Shown piece after piece: positions 1 through 14,122 of a DNA stretch of 64,000 nucleotides. Source of the stretch: Callorhinchus milii (Eukaryota). The notes beneath the pieces were generated by a model. That model saw only the letters and a list, made by a program, of their open reading frames with translations, made no database searches and was not told the origin of the DNA. The stretch is taken from positions 77,874,001 through 77,938,000 of the forward strand of contig NW_024704743.1 of the NCBI RefSeq assembly GCF_018977255.1, written 5' to 3'. The first letter of the stretch is position 1, and every line of letters starts with the position of its first letter. The translations under genes were made by a program, and so were the position numbers.

Positions 1-416
1 ACATCTCTGCAGAGCAGTGTAACAGACAAAATGTGCCTCTGTGATGCTTCCATTTTTTGGGAGGGAGATTTTGCCCCATTCTGAATTTTAAAGGTAAAAT
101 TCCCCTTTTACCAGTATAGGATCATAGACATTATATTATAGTAGGACGTCATTTAGTATATCAATCCTAAACTGGTACTAGACTATCTAGTCCCACATCT
201 GCGTTTGTACTCACAGTCTAGACTGGCACTTCAATGCAACACTGAGGAATGGTTGCATTGTTAGAGATGCTGTCCTTCAGATGAGACGTTAAACCAAGGT
301 CCTGTAAGACCTGTTCAGTTGGACATTAAAGTTTTCATGGCACTATTCAAAAAAAAGCCAGTTTCTCCTGGTGTCCTGGCTAACAACCCCCCAAATAAAA
401 TTACTCACGTAGTTCA

Positions 417-1160
417 GCAACAACAATAATAACAAGATTGTATTTATAGAGCGCTTTTCACGTCGGGAGGACGCCCCAAGGCGCTGGACAGTTGGGTCGG
501 GACCCGAGCAGGGAGGAACTGGTCAGGGTGAGGGGAGGGAAGGGAGGGAGTTAGGAGGGGTTAGAGAGTCGAGAGGGGAGGTGAAGGCACGGTTGAAGAG
601 AAAGGTCTTGAGACCGGCCTTGAAGGAGGAAAGGGAGGAGGCGGCGAAGGCACTGGGGGATGGAGTTCCAGAGCCTAGGGGCTGAGAGGCTGAAGGCCCG
701 GCCACCGATGGTAGGGCGGTTAGGGCGGGGGATGTGGAGCAAACCGGACCCAGAGGAACGGAGGGTATGGGCAGGTAGGTAGGGGGATAGTAGGTCGGAG
801 AGGTAGGAGGGAGCAAGGCCGTGAATGGCCTTGTAGGTGAGGATGAGGATCTTGAATTCGATCCTCTGGGGGATGGGGAGCCAGTGGAGGTGAGCAAGGG
901 TAGGAGTGACGTGGTCGCGAAGCCTGGTGCGGGACAGTTCATGAGCTGCAGAGTTCTGAATGACCTGCAGCTTGTGGAGGGAGGTGCCGGGAAGGCCGAC
1001 GAGGAGAGAGTCCCCGTAGTCGAGCCTTGAGGTGATAAAGGCGTGGACCTTTCAGCAGCGGTGCCAGTTGTGGAGCGGATGTGGGGAAGAAAGGACAGCT
1101 CAGGGTCGAACAGAACACCAAGGTTCCTGACTGGCTTTGAGAGGTGAAGAGTGCAGCCTT
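417..1160 (-). mobile_element. L2-clade LINE 3' fragment
   Basis: RT C-terminal peptide (GRAFSLSAPRLWNSIP, FKAGLKTFLF), 3' stem-loop and (TTG)n tail. Confidence 0.92.
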
Positions 1161-3032
1161 AGATGCTGATGCTGAAACAGGGATTCTGTGCTGTATAACT
1201 TGTTGTTGACAAGTGGCTGGAATATGAGAAGCAAAGGTTACTTCAATTGCACTATACAGTACTGACATATGGTGTAAAGATAGGTACCAATGGTAAACAA
1301 TAATTGAACTCAAGATATTAAGGCATCATAACTATACCATAGAGCTGCATAGAATGGCTTGGAAACAAGTCATTTGGCCCAACTAATCAGTGCCAATGGT
1401 TGTACTTCACATAAGCCCCACCAACTTTTTCCTTCACATTCATGTATGCACCAAGTTTCCTCTGAAATAGATTGATGCTGTTTGCTTCAACCATAGCTTC
1501 AGACAATGATTTCCACATTCTCACCACACATAATGAAATTCCTCCTAAACTCCCCATTACATCTAACCTGAGCTACCTTATACTTTGCCCTCTAGTTATG
1601 GATGAACCAACAAGTAGAAACAGACTGTCAACATCCACCTTATCAAATCCTTTCATAATGTTAAACACCTCTGTCAGGTCCCAGCTATTTTTATCATTGT
1701 TATTTTTTGAATCCCACTGGTGCCTCTCAATCATTTCAATACACCTCAATAATTTGGGCTTGGTTTCCAAAACAGTACAAGATGTCAAAGTGGTTTCTGT
1801 CTTTCAAATGAGTCCCAAATCAGCCTTAATCCTCAGTCCCCTTTTGGATGTTAGGAAAGTGAGGTTTACATGGAGGGAAGTTTGGGAAAGAAAAGGAAGG
1901 ACTTAATCACATTACTCTCAGCCTCTTTGCAACATTTGAAAGGCAGAACTTTGACAAGTCTATTATAATAGCTGAAAGCTTAAAAGTTAACATTCCCACC
2001 TGGTTTGTGTGGTTAAGTAACAACTGTGCTGACTTGTACATTGGGGGTGGGCTTGTGGTGGTATCCATGATGTACTCGTGCCAAGATGGGTGGCAGGTCA
2101 AAACAGGGAATCAGAGAATATCTACCCTCATTTTTGGAGTCATATCCAAATGTGACTGCTCTCCACTGTTATCTTAGTGCAAAGTGTGTGGTATTATATA
2201 ATAATGTTTGCATTCGATACAGTGCCTATAATGTCAAAAATTTTCAAAGCGCTTTACAGATAATTATTGTCAAATTTGGTGTATGTGTATTTGTAGGCAG
2301 GCAATTTGCACACAGTAACACTGTACAACAGACATTACCAACTTATCTGGAGGATTGTCCAGGACATCGAGAGAAACTCCCTCTGTTTTTGAACAATGTC
2401 CATGGGTTCTTTAACGTCCCCTAAAAAGGCAGATGAGACCTCAGTTTTTTTGATTCATCCAAAGAACGGCATCTTCAACAATGCAACAACAACAAATTTA
2501 CATTTACATAGCGTCTTTCACGTTGGAAAGACATCTCAAGGCTGTTGCACTGGAGTGTCAGCCTACAAGGTGAGTACTCTTACACGTTCATCACACAGTC
2601 TCAGAATTGTACATTCATGGTCTAACTGTGATGAAAAACACATATGTAACTAAAAGAATTAAGAGCAAACAGTCAAACTAAAATACTAAAAGTATGCTGT
2701 CAACAAATACAACCTTTAAGATTGCATTTATGGAGTTTGCTGCAGGTTGTAATGGTCTATTTTGTGTCATAACAGAAATCAGTCTCCAACTCTTAATAAT
2801 CACCATCAATCTTTTTTATATACATCATTCTCTGTTTTAGTTAAGTGAATCCTGATCACTGCTGCATAGCTCCTCTCTTCTGGGGTCAGGGGAGCAGGTG
2901 ATAACTTCACAAATGTTCATGCAGTTAACTTCACAACTGTAATATCATACAGGCATTTACAAAACTAGTAAGCTCTAGCTGGACAGTCTCAGAGTTTGAA
3001 AACTTCTTGCACAGTATCCCTCATTTCATTAC

Positions 3033-3124
3033 TTTCAGCTCCAGCTCCTCCATGAAATTGCCAACATAATCTGTCAATAGTTTTCCAAGTTGTATTCTTG
3101 TGGCAGAGTTCGCTTCCAAGAAGC
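3033..3124 (-). CDS. Candidate coding exon I (FLEANSATRIQLGKLLTDYVGNFMEELELK)
   Basis: Polypyrimidine acceptor tttctccttcattcttgatcag, donor AAA|gtaatg, amphipathic-helix-like peptide; phase 1 to 0. This frame is not the one shown in the ORF track. Confidence 0.55.
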
Positions 3125-3834
3125 CTGATCAAGAATGAAGGAGAAATCTCACTGTAAAAGCCAGAAACCTGTGACAAAATGGAATCTTGGGAGACTTATT
3201 GTGAGCTGAGTTTCACAGAAGCAGAATATATCAAAGGGCATTGCCCCTTTAAATCCAACAGGATCTTGGTGATTTCCAGACAGTCTTAATTTACCATTCT
3301 TGCTTTCATTTGATCTCATTCATTTCATTCCATTCCTTCTCCATCACTTTCTTTTCAGTTCAATGTATAAATGGTTAGCCCAAGGTAAACAATAGACTCA
3401 GACCCGAAACAAAAAAGACACGGCTCAGAAACAATCAGGTCAAATGACTATTAGGCCGTTTAGCTCTAATAAATAAAACATACTGCATGCAACATGCTTC
3501 ATCAGCTAACTGAGCAGCAGTATTTTTCGCCAGAAATGCGCAGATGAAATAAAATGATGCTTGATGTGGTTTACTATTCCGAAAAATAAAAGGTCCATAT
3601 TATTCCCACAGGAATAAAACAGACCTTACGAAATGTTTACTGAGTAGCTTGTTTTACAATCTAATGAAGCTGATCCTTTGGTGCATGCACACTTATATAC
3701 AGTGGAGTTACGTCCACTTGAAATAACTCTTTGATAAGAGTTAACAGGAGAGGGTAAATAATAATAATCCTTGTATTCGCAAATCACTTCAAAGGATTTT
3801 ACAGTGAAGTGAAGTAACTATGTCCTGACAACCA

Positions 3835-4739
3835 ATGCTGTCCTGACAGAATGTCTGTCAGACATCGAGTTCTGGATGAAAACTTTCTTCAGTTGAACGT
3901 CAACAAGACCGAGGCTCTCCTGATTGGCTCCCGTCAGCGCCTCCACAACTCAGACGCTGACAGCATCACTATCCATGGTTGTACACTCCACCTTACTAAG
4001 CCAGTCCAGAACCTTGGTGTCTTGTTTGACCCTCAACTATCCTTTCTACCCTACATCTGCGCCATGACTTGCTCTGCCTTCCCCCACCTCCGCAACATCG
4101 CCCGGCTCTGCCACTGTCTCACACCATAGGCCGCCGAAACCCTCATACACGCATTCATAACATCCAGTATTGACTATGCAAACTCCTTGCTTCTCGGCCT
4201 CCCCAATTCCACCCTTCATAGACCCCAAATCATCCAGAACTCTGCAGCCCGTGTCCTCTCCCGCACCAGGCTCCGTGACCGTATGACCCCATCCTTGCAT
4301 GACTCCACTGGTTCCCATCACACAGAGGATACAGTTCAAGATTCTGGCCCTCACCTTCAAAGCCCTCCATGGCCTTGCTCCCACCTAACTCTGTGACCTC
4401 CTAACACTCTACCAACCTGCTCGCTCCCTCCACTTAGCATGCTCCAGCCTGCTTCATGTCCCCCACCTCGCCTCCCCCACCATTAGCAGGAGGACCTTCA
4501 GCCACTCTGCCCCCACCCTCTGGAACTCCATCCCATTGTCCCACCGCCTCGCCAACTCCCTTGCCTCCTTGAAGACCCATCTCAAGACCCTCTTTCGACC
4601 ATGCCTTCGATCACCCTTCTTCCCCCCTGCCCTCTACCCTCCCCGATCCCCAGCTCGGGTCCGAAACACTGATTGTCCAGCGCCTTGGGATGTCCTCCTG
4701 ACGTGAAAGGAGCTATACAAATGTAATATTGGTGTTGTT
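3835..4739 (+). mobile_element. L2 3' fragment
   Basis: Peptides NFLQLNVNKTEALLIG, NLGVLFDPQLSF and QIIQNSAARVL; L2 tail. Confidence 0.92.
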
Positions 4740-7700
4740 CTATGTATAGGCAAATGCAGCAGCCAATATACACTCAACAATGTCCCACAAACAGCCATGA
4801 TGTGAATGATCAACTTTTTATGGAAGATTATTGGCCAACAAACAGGGAGAAACTCCCTTCTCTTTTCCATGGGATCTTTAATGTCTACCTTAACAGGAAG
4901 ACGGGACCTTGGTTTAATGTTTTTTCCGAAGGACAGAGCTTCTGACGTACATTGCAGCCAGCGCTGCACTGGAGTGTCATCCCAGGACCTCGACTATGAA
5001 CAAAAAGTCATGACTAGGGGCTTGAATCTAGAACGTTCTGATTCAGAGCAGAGAGTGCTGGTAACCAAACCAGCTGATACCTAACTGATATCAGTAGAAC
5101 ACTTAAACCGTAAACCACTATTTTATCTACACCTACTGATTTTTATTAGGTGTCAGTCTGGCTCAGTTGGTAGCACTCACAGCTCTGAGTCAGAGGTTGT
5201 GGCATGCAAGGACTTTCAGCTCACAGACCACTTCAGATGCCTCCTCATTCGTTGCTGCTTAGGTGCCAGCTCCAATGTCTTGTATAAGGCCTGCTCCCCA
5301 GTGTGACATTTCTGACACAAATGTGAAGTGATATAAATTACTTCCTACACGACAGATTGTCCTCTGTGGAGGAGACTGTCCTCTCTCAGTAATATATGTT
5401 GCATTACAATCATCTTTCTTTTGTGGATCAATGACCATTAGAAAAAGGTTGAGATCACTTAGGATCTATACAGAAAACAGACTTCTATCTCATGAAAATG
5501 CTTTGACTGGACAGGAATTCAATCCTACAGGTGAAATGTAACTAACAATAATATCAAATTTGTTTTTCTATTGACGTACCTTGGATTAATTGATTTATTC
5601 AAATAAGAAACCCTCATGGTATGATCAAGGGAGCTGGCTTCGGTGCTAATGACAACAAAGGGAACAGAATTAACATAATTTGACAGAAGGTAAGGGTAGG
5701 AGCAATGGCATGTCTGAATGTGGTAAAGTGTGCAGATCTGCTAATTGCTTTCCTAAAGAGACTCAGAATGGACCATTAAGCAGACAAAAGAGAAAAGTTT
5801 TACAGACAACACAGTGGGGGTTAAAAATCAATGAGATGCATTGCTCTGGGCACCAGTCCCTCTGCAGAGCTAATCATCTCTGATGCTCCTGATCAGCCTC
5901 TCACCAGCCAGGGTTGGACTTTGGCAAAGTAGGTGTCAGGGTAGAAGAGAAACATTATTTGGAAGCTATCCTGGTAGACATTCATTGGCTATCTTCAGAC
6001 AGCCTTCTGTGGAAAGAAACTGGTTTGAGTTTATGGATTTTAAAACTATAACTCTCTCTCCATCCATTCATCCATTTGTAGCTCTCTTTTTCTCTCTATG
6101 TACCCCTTCTTTAATCTACCTATTCTCCTATCCAATTGTCAGGTATCAACGATACAGGCTGACTGAGGCCTGTGCTAGTTTATGACTGAAAGACATATGT
6201 TAATATATTACTATTATTGCCAGTACATATCATGACATAAATTGATATGGCAAGGAAATAGGCCATGGAAACAGGCCAATAACTAGTCCATGCAGGTGTT
6301 TCTACTCCACTACAGCCCCCACCCTTTCTATTCCCCTCACCTCCTATAACCCTTCATTCTCTTCTCCTTCATGTGCGCATCAAATTTTCTCTTAAATATA
6401 TTGACTTTTGCTTCAACCGCAGCTTCCGGCAATGAGTCTCACAACATGTACTTGTATGAAAAAGAACCATTTATATGATTCAGTTTGCTGTGCTAAATTG
6501 TATAGAGCGCAACCTGCTGAAACCAACCAGTGTGCTTAATGGATTGAATTGCAGTGTGGCATGTGGTTGTACGAGTAATAACCTGCTCTTATCTACGTCT
6601 CAACGGGCTGCTTTTATTTCATACAACTATGTTCAGCACTTCATTCAAACCAGGTAACAAAAGGGGGCTCAGGGCAAGCTTTGGACTAGAGACCTGTTGA
6701 AGGCTGCACTTTAGAGAAACAAGCTGAGTTAAAGATCTGGGGTGAAATTAGCAACATTTCACAATGTATTGAACGTGATTAAAAAATAATGGAGGCATTT
6801 TGATTCTGAAAATGCCTGGAGGAGAAACCCATCTCCAGATGTGGGGAGAGGATCAGTACCAACCCTGTCATAAAAGAGTTTTAAGGGTGTGTTTAACCAC
6901 ATTTTCTTTCCTTGTTATAATGATCCCATCCTACATGTTCTGTGGTATGCTAGTGCATGAGTGCGTCAGAAAATTAAGATTAACTCTGTGTGTTTAAATT
7001 TGAATTTAAAAAGAATTTTAAATAAGAGCAGCACATTTTAAACACTTCACTTCCATTTGACTTGCCATCTCTGTTGTTCCCATTCACTCTCCATTTCTCT
7101 CTTGTGCTTCTATTAAACTTTGCTTTATTGCTGTTATACCCATTTTAGCTATAACATTGCGTTATTTTAAAGAATTCATAATTATACTTGTATTTAATAA
7201 AGCGCCTTTCACATCAGAAAGATGTCTCAAAGCATTCACAGGATATACAGTAAAGTGCAGTAACTGTGTATTTTCTGGATGAACTCAGCAACCAATTTGC
7301 ACAAAGAAATCTCCTACAATGAGGTCAGAAACCCAGGAGAAAGTGTGCTCTGTAGAGACTGTGGTCTGATTTAAGGGATATGGGGATAAGGCAGGGTTAT
7401 GGTACTAGCTGGAGTTAGATTAGAAGATCATCCATGATTGAATGGCGGAGCAGGCTCGAAGGGCTGAATGGCCTACCCCTGCTCCTACATGTTATGTTAA
7501 TCCATCGGATTGGCGGATCACTTTCTGGGGATAATAATCCTCACTAAAGTTAAAAAATAATGATAATTTGGTCACTCAGTCCACAACTGTTTGTGGGACA
7601 TTGATGTGTGCAATTGGCTGCCATGTTTCGTCCACAAAATATAGAGTCACTACAATCTACAGTATATTCTTTGAAGCGCTTTGCAACATCTCAAAACGTG

Positions 7701-7749
7701 ATAAGGTCCTATATCAAATGCAAGGATTATTATTATTATTGGAGGCTTT

Positions 7750-8130
7750 CTTCACTGGCTTGTTCTCTCCTACTCTTCAGTATTGAAAGAAGCTGTCTCA
7801 GAGAGGCCTTAGAAGAATATAACATTTTAAACAGGATTGAAAAACTAAACCCAGAACAACACTTTAGGATATAGCAAGGCAGTAAAACAAGAGGACATAG
7901 GTTTAAAGTTGCAAAGGGCAATTTCAGTAAATACACAAGCATATTTTTCTTTATCCAAAAAATAACAACTGGAACAGTTTCACAGAAAGGGTTCTGGAGG
8001 CCAGTAGGATACTGATTAATTTAAAAAGCAGCTCAACGCTGTGATGAGAAGATGGGTATTCTGGAGAGATGAAATCAAATGAGCCGAAGGTACCTTCCTT
8101 GTCCAAACTGATCTTGGGATCTTATGATTA
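7750..8130 (+). mobile_element. Old CR1 3' fragment (similar relics at about 1350-1690 -, 6250-6450 -, 7365-7500 +, 14620-14850 +, 36300-36560 -, 57480-57645 +, 59910-60100 +, 62900-63040 -)
   Basis: Degenerate FSLEKRRLRGDL / TRGH-type coding remnants and CR1 3' UTR motifs. Confidence 0.7.
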
Positions 8131-9102
8131 GATCATTCAAGAGGTGAGGTAGCAATGCATTTGGACCAGTTGTGGAGACTGAGAGTAATGTAATCCCTAC
8201 CAATACAACTAGATAACACAATGGCATTGACCATAATGATAGCAGTGTCCTGATACAAGGACAAACTGTAGGAGGGCGTAAAATGAATGATATGATTTTG
8301 AGTTGGATTTTGATTCCTTCTATTCTCTATTGTACTGTAACCTTGTCTTTTTGACTTTGTTAAAGGTGCTTTGTTCTTTTAACTTTGGTACGGTTTAAGA
8401 AAAAGCTTCCATTTCATTAATGAGCATCATAATCATAGGCTTATTTAAGGGTAGTTGGGTGTTGCCTGCTAGTGCAGGATACCAGTGTTTGCACTAATGG
8501 ATTTGGCATATTAACTGACAGATGTTTAATGTGCCTTAATTGAAAATGGCTGTTAAAACAGCACTCATCTGTTTCTGATTGTGTCTAGTGAGCTACTGGA
8601 GTATGAAGGGTGAAGAAGGTCTTCATTTAGATATCATTTGAAGAAGGGATTTACTCCTTCATTAAATATAACATCCTGCTGATGTCTTAATGTGATTTAA
8701 ATTGCTGAATGTTTATTCATGATATGCTATTTTATATTGGATTTACATAAATGTTCGCAAGACAACAGATTAGAGGGTAGATTTTGTATCTTAAACAAAC
8801 ATTTTGCAATGCAAAAGCACAACATAAAAATGCAGTTTTCTCAATTCGCAAACAGATTCACTCCTGTATCATGGGTAATAAGTTGTAATAAAATGGTGCT
8901 TTCATCTTTCTGAATACATTTCTTGGGAAAAAATAAATCGCAAATGTGCACCAAGCATTTCATTTGGGGATTGAGTTGAAGATTGCAACCAGTAATATAA
9001 AGATTTTTTTTTCTCAATTTGTTTTCCAGCTCACTAATAATAATAACTGAATGACAATAAAGCTTACCTGCATATTTTAGAGGCTATTAACTGCAAGCTC
9101 AC

Positions 9103-9243
9103 TTAGTGAGGACATCCTTCTTTGCTGACAATCACATTTCTGAAGATAGGTGGGAGCAGCCTGTCTGGATCTGCAGACATATGTTGAAAGCCCCAGTGGA
9201 TATAATGGCAAGACATTTACATGATAACATTGGGTTTGGTGCA
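9103..9243 (-). CDS. Candidate coding exon H (HQTQCYHVNVLPLYPLGLSTYVCRSRQAAPTYLQKCDCQQRRMSSL)
   Basis: Acceptor ttattcattccag, donor A|gtgagc, 141 nt; phase 1 to 1. Confidence 0.45.
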
Positions 9244-9579
9244 CTGGAATGAATAATAATTCAGACATAATAATTGGTGAATGTAATCTCACTGAAATTG
9301 TTATTCAATGATGATTATTTCATCGTATGTGTGTATTGCGGACCCTTCCCTCCCTCTCTCCCACTCCCTGGCTCTCTCCCACTCCCTCCCTCCCCCTGCC
9401 CAAATCCATTCGTTAGTTCCACAGAATTGGACTTCCAGCTCATGGACCACAACATTCAACTGTCAGAAAGGGCTGCCTTTTCTGAGTATTTTTTTGCTAA
9501 AATGACAGTATATAACTAACTGGCAGTTAAAGACCACAATCTGTGAACCAGGGATGGGAGAATTGAGAGGGGATTTACA

Positions 9580-10265
9580 TTAGAATACATTAGAATATAC
9601 AGCACAGAAACAGGTCATTCGGCCCAAATGGTTTATGCGGATGTTTATGCTCCACATGAGCCTACTCCTGTCCTTCCTCAACTAAGCCGTCAAACATAAC
9701 CTTCTATTCCTTTCTCCCTCATGTACCTTCTAGCTTTCCCTTAAATACATCTATGCTATTTGCCTCAACAACTCCTTGTGGTTGCATGTTCCACATTCCC
9801 ACTACTCTCTGTGTGAAGAAATTTCTTCTAACTTCCCTATTTGATCTATTTGTGACTATTTTATATTGATGGCCCTGGTTTTGGTCTCCCCCACAAGTGG
9901 AAACATCTTCCCTATGTCTACCCTATCAAAACTTTTCATCATTTTAAAGACCTCTATCAGGTCACCCCTTATCCTTCTCTTTTCAAGAGAAAAGAGTCCA
10001 AGTACGTTCAGCCTTTCTTGATAGGTATAACCTCTCAGATCTGGCATCATCCTTGTGAATCTCCTTTGCACTCTCTTGAGTGCCTCTACATCCCTTCTAT
10101 AATTGTAGGGACCAGAACTGCACACAGTATTCTAAGTGTGATCTAACCAAGGTTCTATAGAGGTTTACCATAACTTCCCTGCTTTTCATTTCTATCCCTC
10201 TAGAAATGAACCCCAATGCCTGGTTTGCTTTTTCTAGCCTTATTAACCTGCATTGCTACTTTTAG
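9580..10265 (-). mobile_element. CR1 3' fragment
   Basis: Peptide ALKRVQRRFTRMM...GLFSLEKRRIRGDLIEVFK and the CR1 3' UTR gaatgacctgtttctgtgctgt. Confidence 0.9.
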
Positions 10266-10267
10266 TG

Positions 10268-10695
10268 AATTGACAGAAGTGTTTAAGATTATGACAGTGT
10301 GAATGTTGGTAGGATGTTTGCATTTATTGCTGAGTCCAAAAAGAAGGGGGATCATTATAAGGCAGCTACTAGATCTGAAAGGGAATTTAGCAGATTCTTA
10401 CTGAAGATAAGAGGTGAGAATGTGGAACTCACTCCTGGAAACTGTAGTGGAAGCAGAATTCATCGATGTATTTAACAGGAAATGCGATGCATACACAAGG
10501 GATTAGGGAATAGAGAGGTATAGGAGTAGAAAAAAGAGGGGCTTAAGTGAGATGAATGGAGTGATAGAGGACTGGAAAGAAAGGGGTATTGAAGAGGGGA
10601 TGAGGGCTGGAGGCTCGTACAGAGTACAAACACTGACACTGACTAGTTGGGCTAAATGGCCTGTTTCCAGGCTGTATCACTTTATGTAATTCTAT
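10268..10695 (+). mobile_element. Older CR1 3' fragment, head-to-head with the preceding copy
   Basis: Degenerate ORF2 end and 3' UTR gggctaaatggcctgtttcc. Confidence 0.75.
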
Positions 10696-10945
10696 CTGTT
10701 GCCATGGAGAATGGTGTGGGGAAAAGGAGAAGAAGACAGACATCTGGATTCATTTGATGTGTTGAATATTGAAATATACTACTAAATTATTCCACTTTCT
10801 TTTTCTATGCACAATTCTTCCTCTTCTACGATTTTTTTTCTCAACATATTCTGTTTTGGGGTTAAAGGAAAACTAATTTCTCAGTAGAAGTATTTAATTT
10901 CATTCGCTCTACTTTCCATTCAGTTAGTGTCTGTGTGCCACATAC

Positions 10946-11014
10946 CCTTTGTGCTGACATACAGTAGATTGGCCATGTTGGCATGACCACTGGATACTAT
11001 GACTTGTGGGTCAT
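10946..11014 (-). CDS. Candidate coding exon K (DPQVIVSSGHANMANLLYVSTK)
   Basis: Acceptor cttctcaatcccatag, strong donor AGG|gtatgt, 69 nt; phase 1 to 1. Confidence 0.5.
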
Positions 11015-11384
11015 CTATGGGATTGAGAAGACATTATTTCTGTGTAAAATCTACTTTTAATATTAGAAGCCAGTATGGAAACAGAAAAGTGCATTCAATC
11101 CATTCATCTTTCCAGGATACCAGGACACTTATAAGAGAAACTCCCTTCTCTTTTCGAATAGTGCCATGTTTTTAACGTCCATTTCACCAGGCAGATGGGA
11201 CATTGATTTTAATGACTCATTTGAAGGGGGGCAACTCCATCAATGCAACACTCCACAGCGCTGCGTCAACTTTCAGAATATTCATCCTTCCCACATCTGC
11301 ACAACATAACCTCTCCTCCAAAGATATTCCTTTCCTCCCCCATAGCATTTACTCAGAAACCATCGTGTCCCGAGGTATATGTGT

Positions 11385-11975
11385 TCATTTTACTCTACAC
11401 CTGGCGTCTTGTTTGATCCTTAGCTGTCCTTTGTACCTCACATCTGTGCAATGACCTACTCTGCCTTTCTCCACCTCTGCAACATCGCCCAGCTCCGCCA
11501 CTGCACCACCGCTCAGGCCACCAAAACTCTCACCCATGCATTCATTACATCTAGCCTCAACAATGCCAACTGATTGCTTGTCAGCCTTCCCAATCCTTCC
11601 CTCCACAAGCTGCAGATCTGCAGCTCATGTCCTCTCCTGCACCAGGCTCATTGACCCAATCACCCGCACTCTTGCCCGGCTCCACTGGCTCCCCATCCCC
11701 CAGAGGATAGAGTTCAAAATCCTCATCCTCGCCTTCAAGACCCTCCACGACCTTGTCCCTCCCTACCTCTGTGATGTGCTGACCCCATATCAACCTGTCC
11801 ATTCCCTCCGCTCAGCAGGCTGTGGCCTGCTCCATGTCCGCCACCGAACCCTCTCCACTATCGGGGGCCAGGCCTTTAACCACTATGCCCCCATCCTATG
11901 GAACTCCATCCCACATTCTCTTGGCCTTGCTCCCTTCCTCCTTCAAGGCGCATCTCAAAACCCTCCACTTCGATT
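11385..11975 (+). mobile_element. Degenerate L2 fragment
   Basis: Peptide LARLHWLPIPQRIEFKILILAFK. Confidence 0.88.
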
Positions 11976-14122
11976 TCAAGAACTGTCAAGTCCCAAAGAA
12001 ATGTGAAGAAACTCACTTTCCTTTAATTTTTTGTGGTCATCCAGGTGTCTGACACATGCAGAAAACCATCACCATGCTTAAGAGTTCCAACCCAAATGAG
12101 AATTCCATGCATCCCACCTACACGTGGAAATTTCAGAGACAAATTGCTGGAATGGAATGTGCACTCATTCCCTGGAGGAACGTATCTTGCTTACCTAATT
12201 CCAGAAAGTATTAATAATATTAATAATCCTTGCATTTGATATAATGCCTTATCATGTTGTTAAGACGTCTCAAAGCGCTTCATAGGATACACTGTAAAGT
12301 GGATTATCTGTGTATTTTGTGGGCGAAATTCAGTAGCCAATTTGCACACAGGAATGTCCCACAAACAGCCATGTAGTGAATGAACAATTTTATATAAGGG
12401 AATGCCAGGAAACTCCCTTCTCTTTTCAAATAGTGCCATGGGATCTTAACGTCTACCTCAACAGACAGATGCGACATTGGTTTTAATATCTTGTCTGAAG
12501 GGCAACCCCCCCCAACTATAGCTGGGTCAACTATCAGAATATTCATTCTTCCCACATCTGCACAACATAACCCTCTCTTCTACAGATATTCCTATCCTCT
12601 CCCATACATGAACCCAGAAACCACTGTGGCCTGTAATTTATGTGTTCCTTTAACTCAACACCTTTAACTTCTTGTGCTATATCCAGTATTTTACTGAAGA
12701 AGTTAATTGTCAGAGCAATTACTGTGGGTGTTTGTTGGATTGAATCTGTTCCAAATATCCACTAATCTGCCTGAGGCTTTTTAATTTTAAACCCATGCCC
12801 TTCAGCTGTTGTCTCACGATCCAGGTTCAATTGCAAGCTTACAGCCCTACCCTTTCTGCATGCCTCTAATCGTTTTAAAGAGCTGTGTCCTCAATCACAT
12901 TTCTGTTGAGAACAAGTTCTTCTCTTTGAGCCTCTGCTCAAACGTGGAGTTCAAAGACGTGGAATCCCCTTGTTACTTTGTACTATTTTCACCTTTTGAT
13001 TGAAGGCTGCAAAACTGCACCCAAAATGTATCTGGAATAACAAGTTCCGTTCTACTCAGTTGGTAGCAGTCTTGTTTCTGGATGAAAAGTCACATATCAG
13101 AACCTGAGCTCACAATTCAAGCTTACACTTTAGCAAACTTCAGTAAGGGAGAGCTACATTGTCAAAGGGTCCCAAAGACCTGATGTAGGTAGATACCGAC
13201 ACACACAGTTCAAGAAGCAATGGTTTTTTAGAATGGTGATGGGGAAACCTCCAACTTGTCACCTTGGAGCCAATTCAGCTCCAAAGAGACCCCGCTTACC
13301 TCCCCCACCAAGGAGGATAGTTGACCTTCCTTTAAGAGCAGTACTGAAGATTGAGGACTGTGAGATACCATTATAAGGTTTTCATCACGGAATAATAGTC
13401 ATGCATTCAGAGAAGGGTATAATAAAACAATTATTGTATTGTTTGGAAGAAAATTTACAGGGTTATTGAGACTATAGTACACGTTTAACAAATGATTCTC
13501 ATCAATCAGTTACACATCAACAATGTTGAATTTGAAGTAATCCTGACTGCATGAATTAATTCCTAGTTAATAATCTTTGTATTTGACATAGCATCTTATC
13601 ATGTTGCTGAAATGTCTCAAAGGGCTTCACAAAATTTACTGTAATGAGCAGTGACTGCATATTTGTACACAAATACTGCAGCCAATTTGGCAAAACAAGG
13701 TCCCTCAAACAGGCATGAAGTGAATGACCAATTTTATTTGGGGCATTGTTGACTAGGACATCAGGAGAAACTCTCTTCTCTTTCAAATAGTGTCATGGGA
13801 TTATGCCCACCTGAACAGCCAGACGGCAACTCGGTTGAATGTCTCATTCAAAGGATAGCATCTTTAACAATGTAATGCTCCCTGCACTGCACTGGACTGA
13901 ACTAGATTGCGAGTTTGACGCCTCAACCTGGGACTTGAAACCGCAACCTTCTGAATCAGAAATGAGAATGCTACCAACTGAGCTAGGATATTGCAATTCT
14001 TCCATAAGGATCATGAATTGCGTCAAACCCAAAGTATGTCATGATATCATGCTGACCCACAAAAACTCCTCTCTGAATGCAGGTTGTGCAGGTGTGGAGC
14101 TCCCTGTGTTGACAGAATGTAC

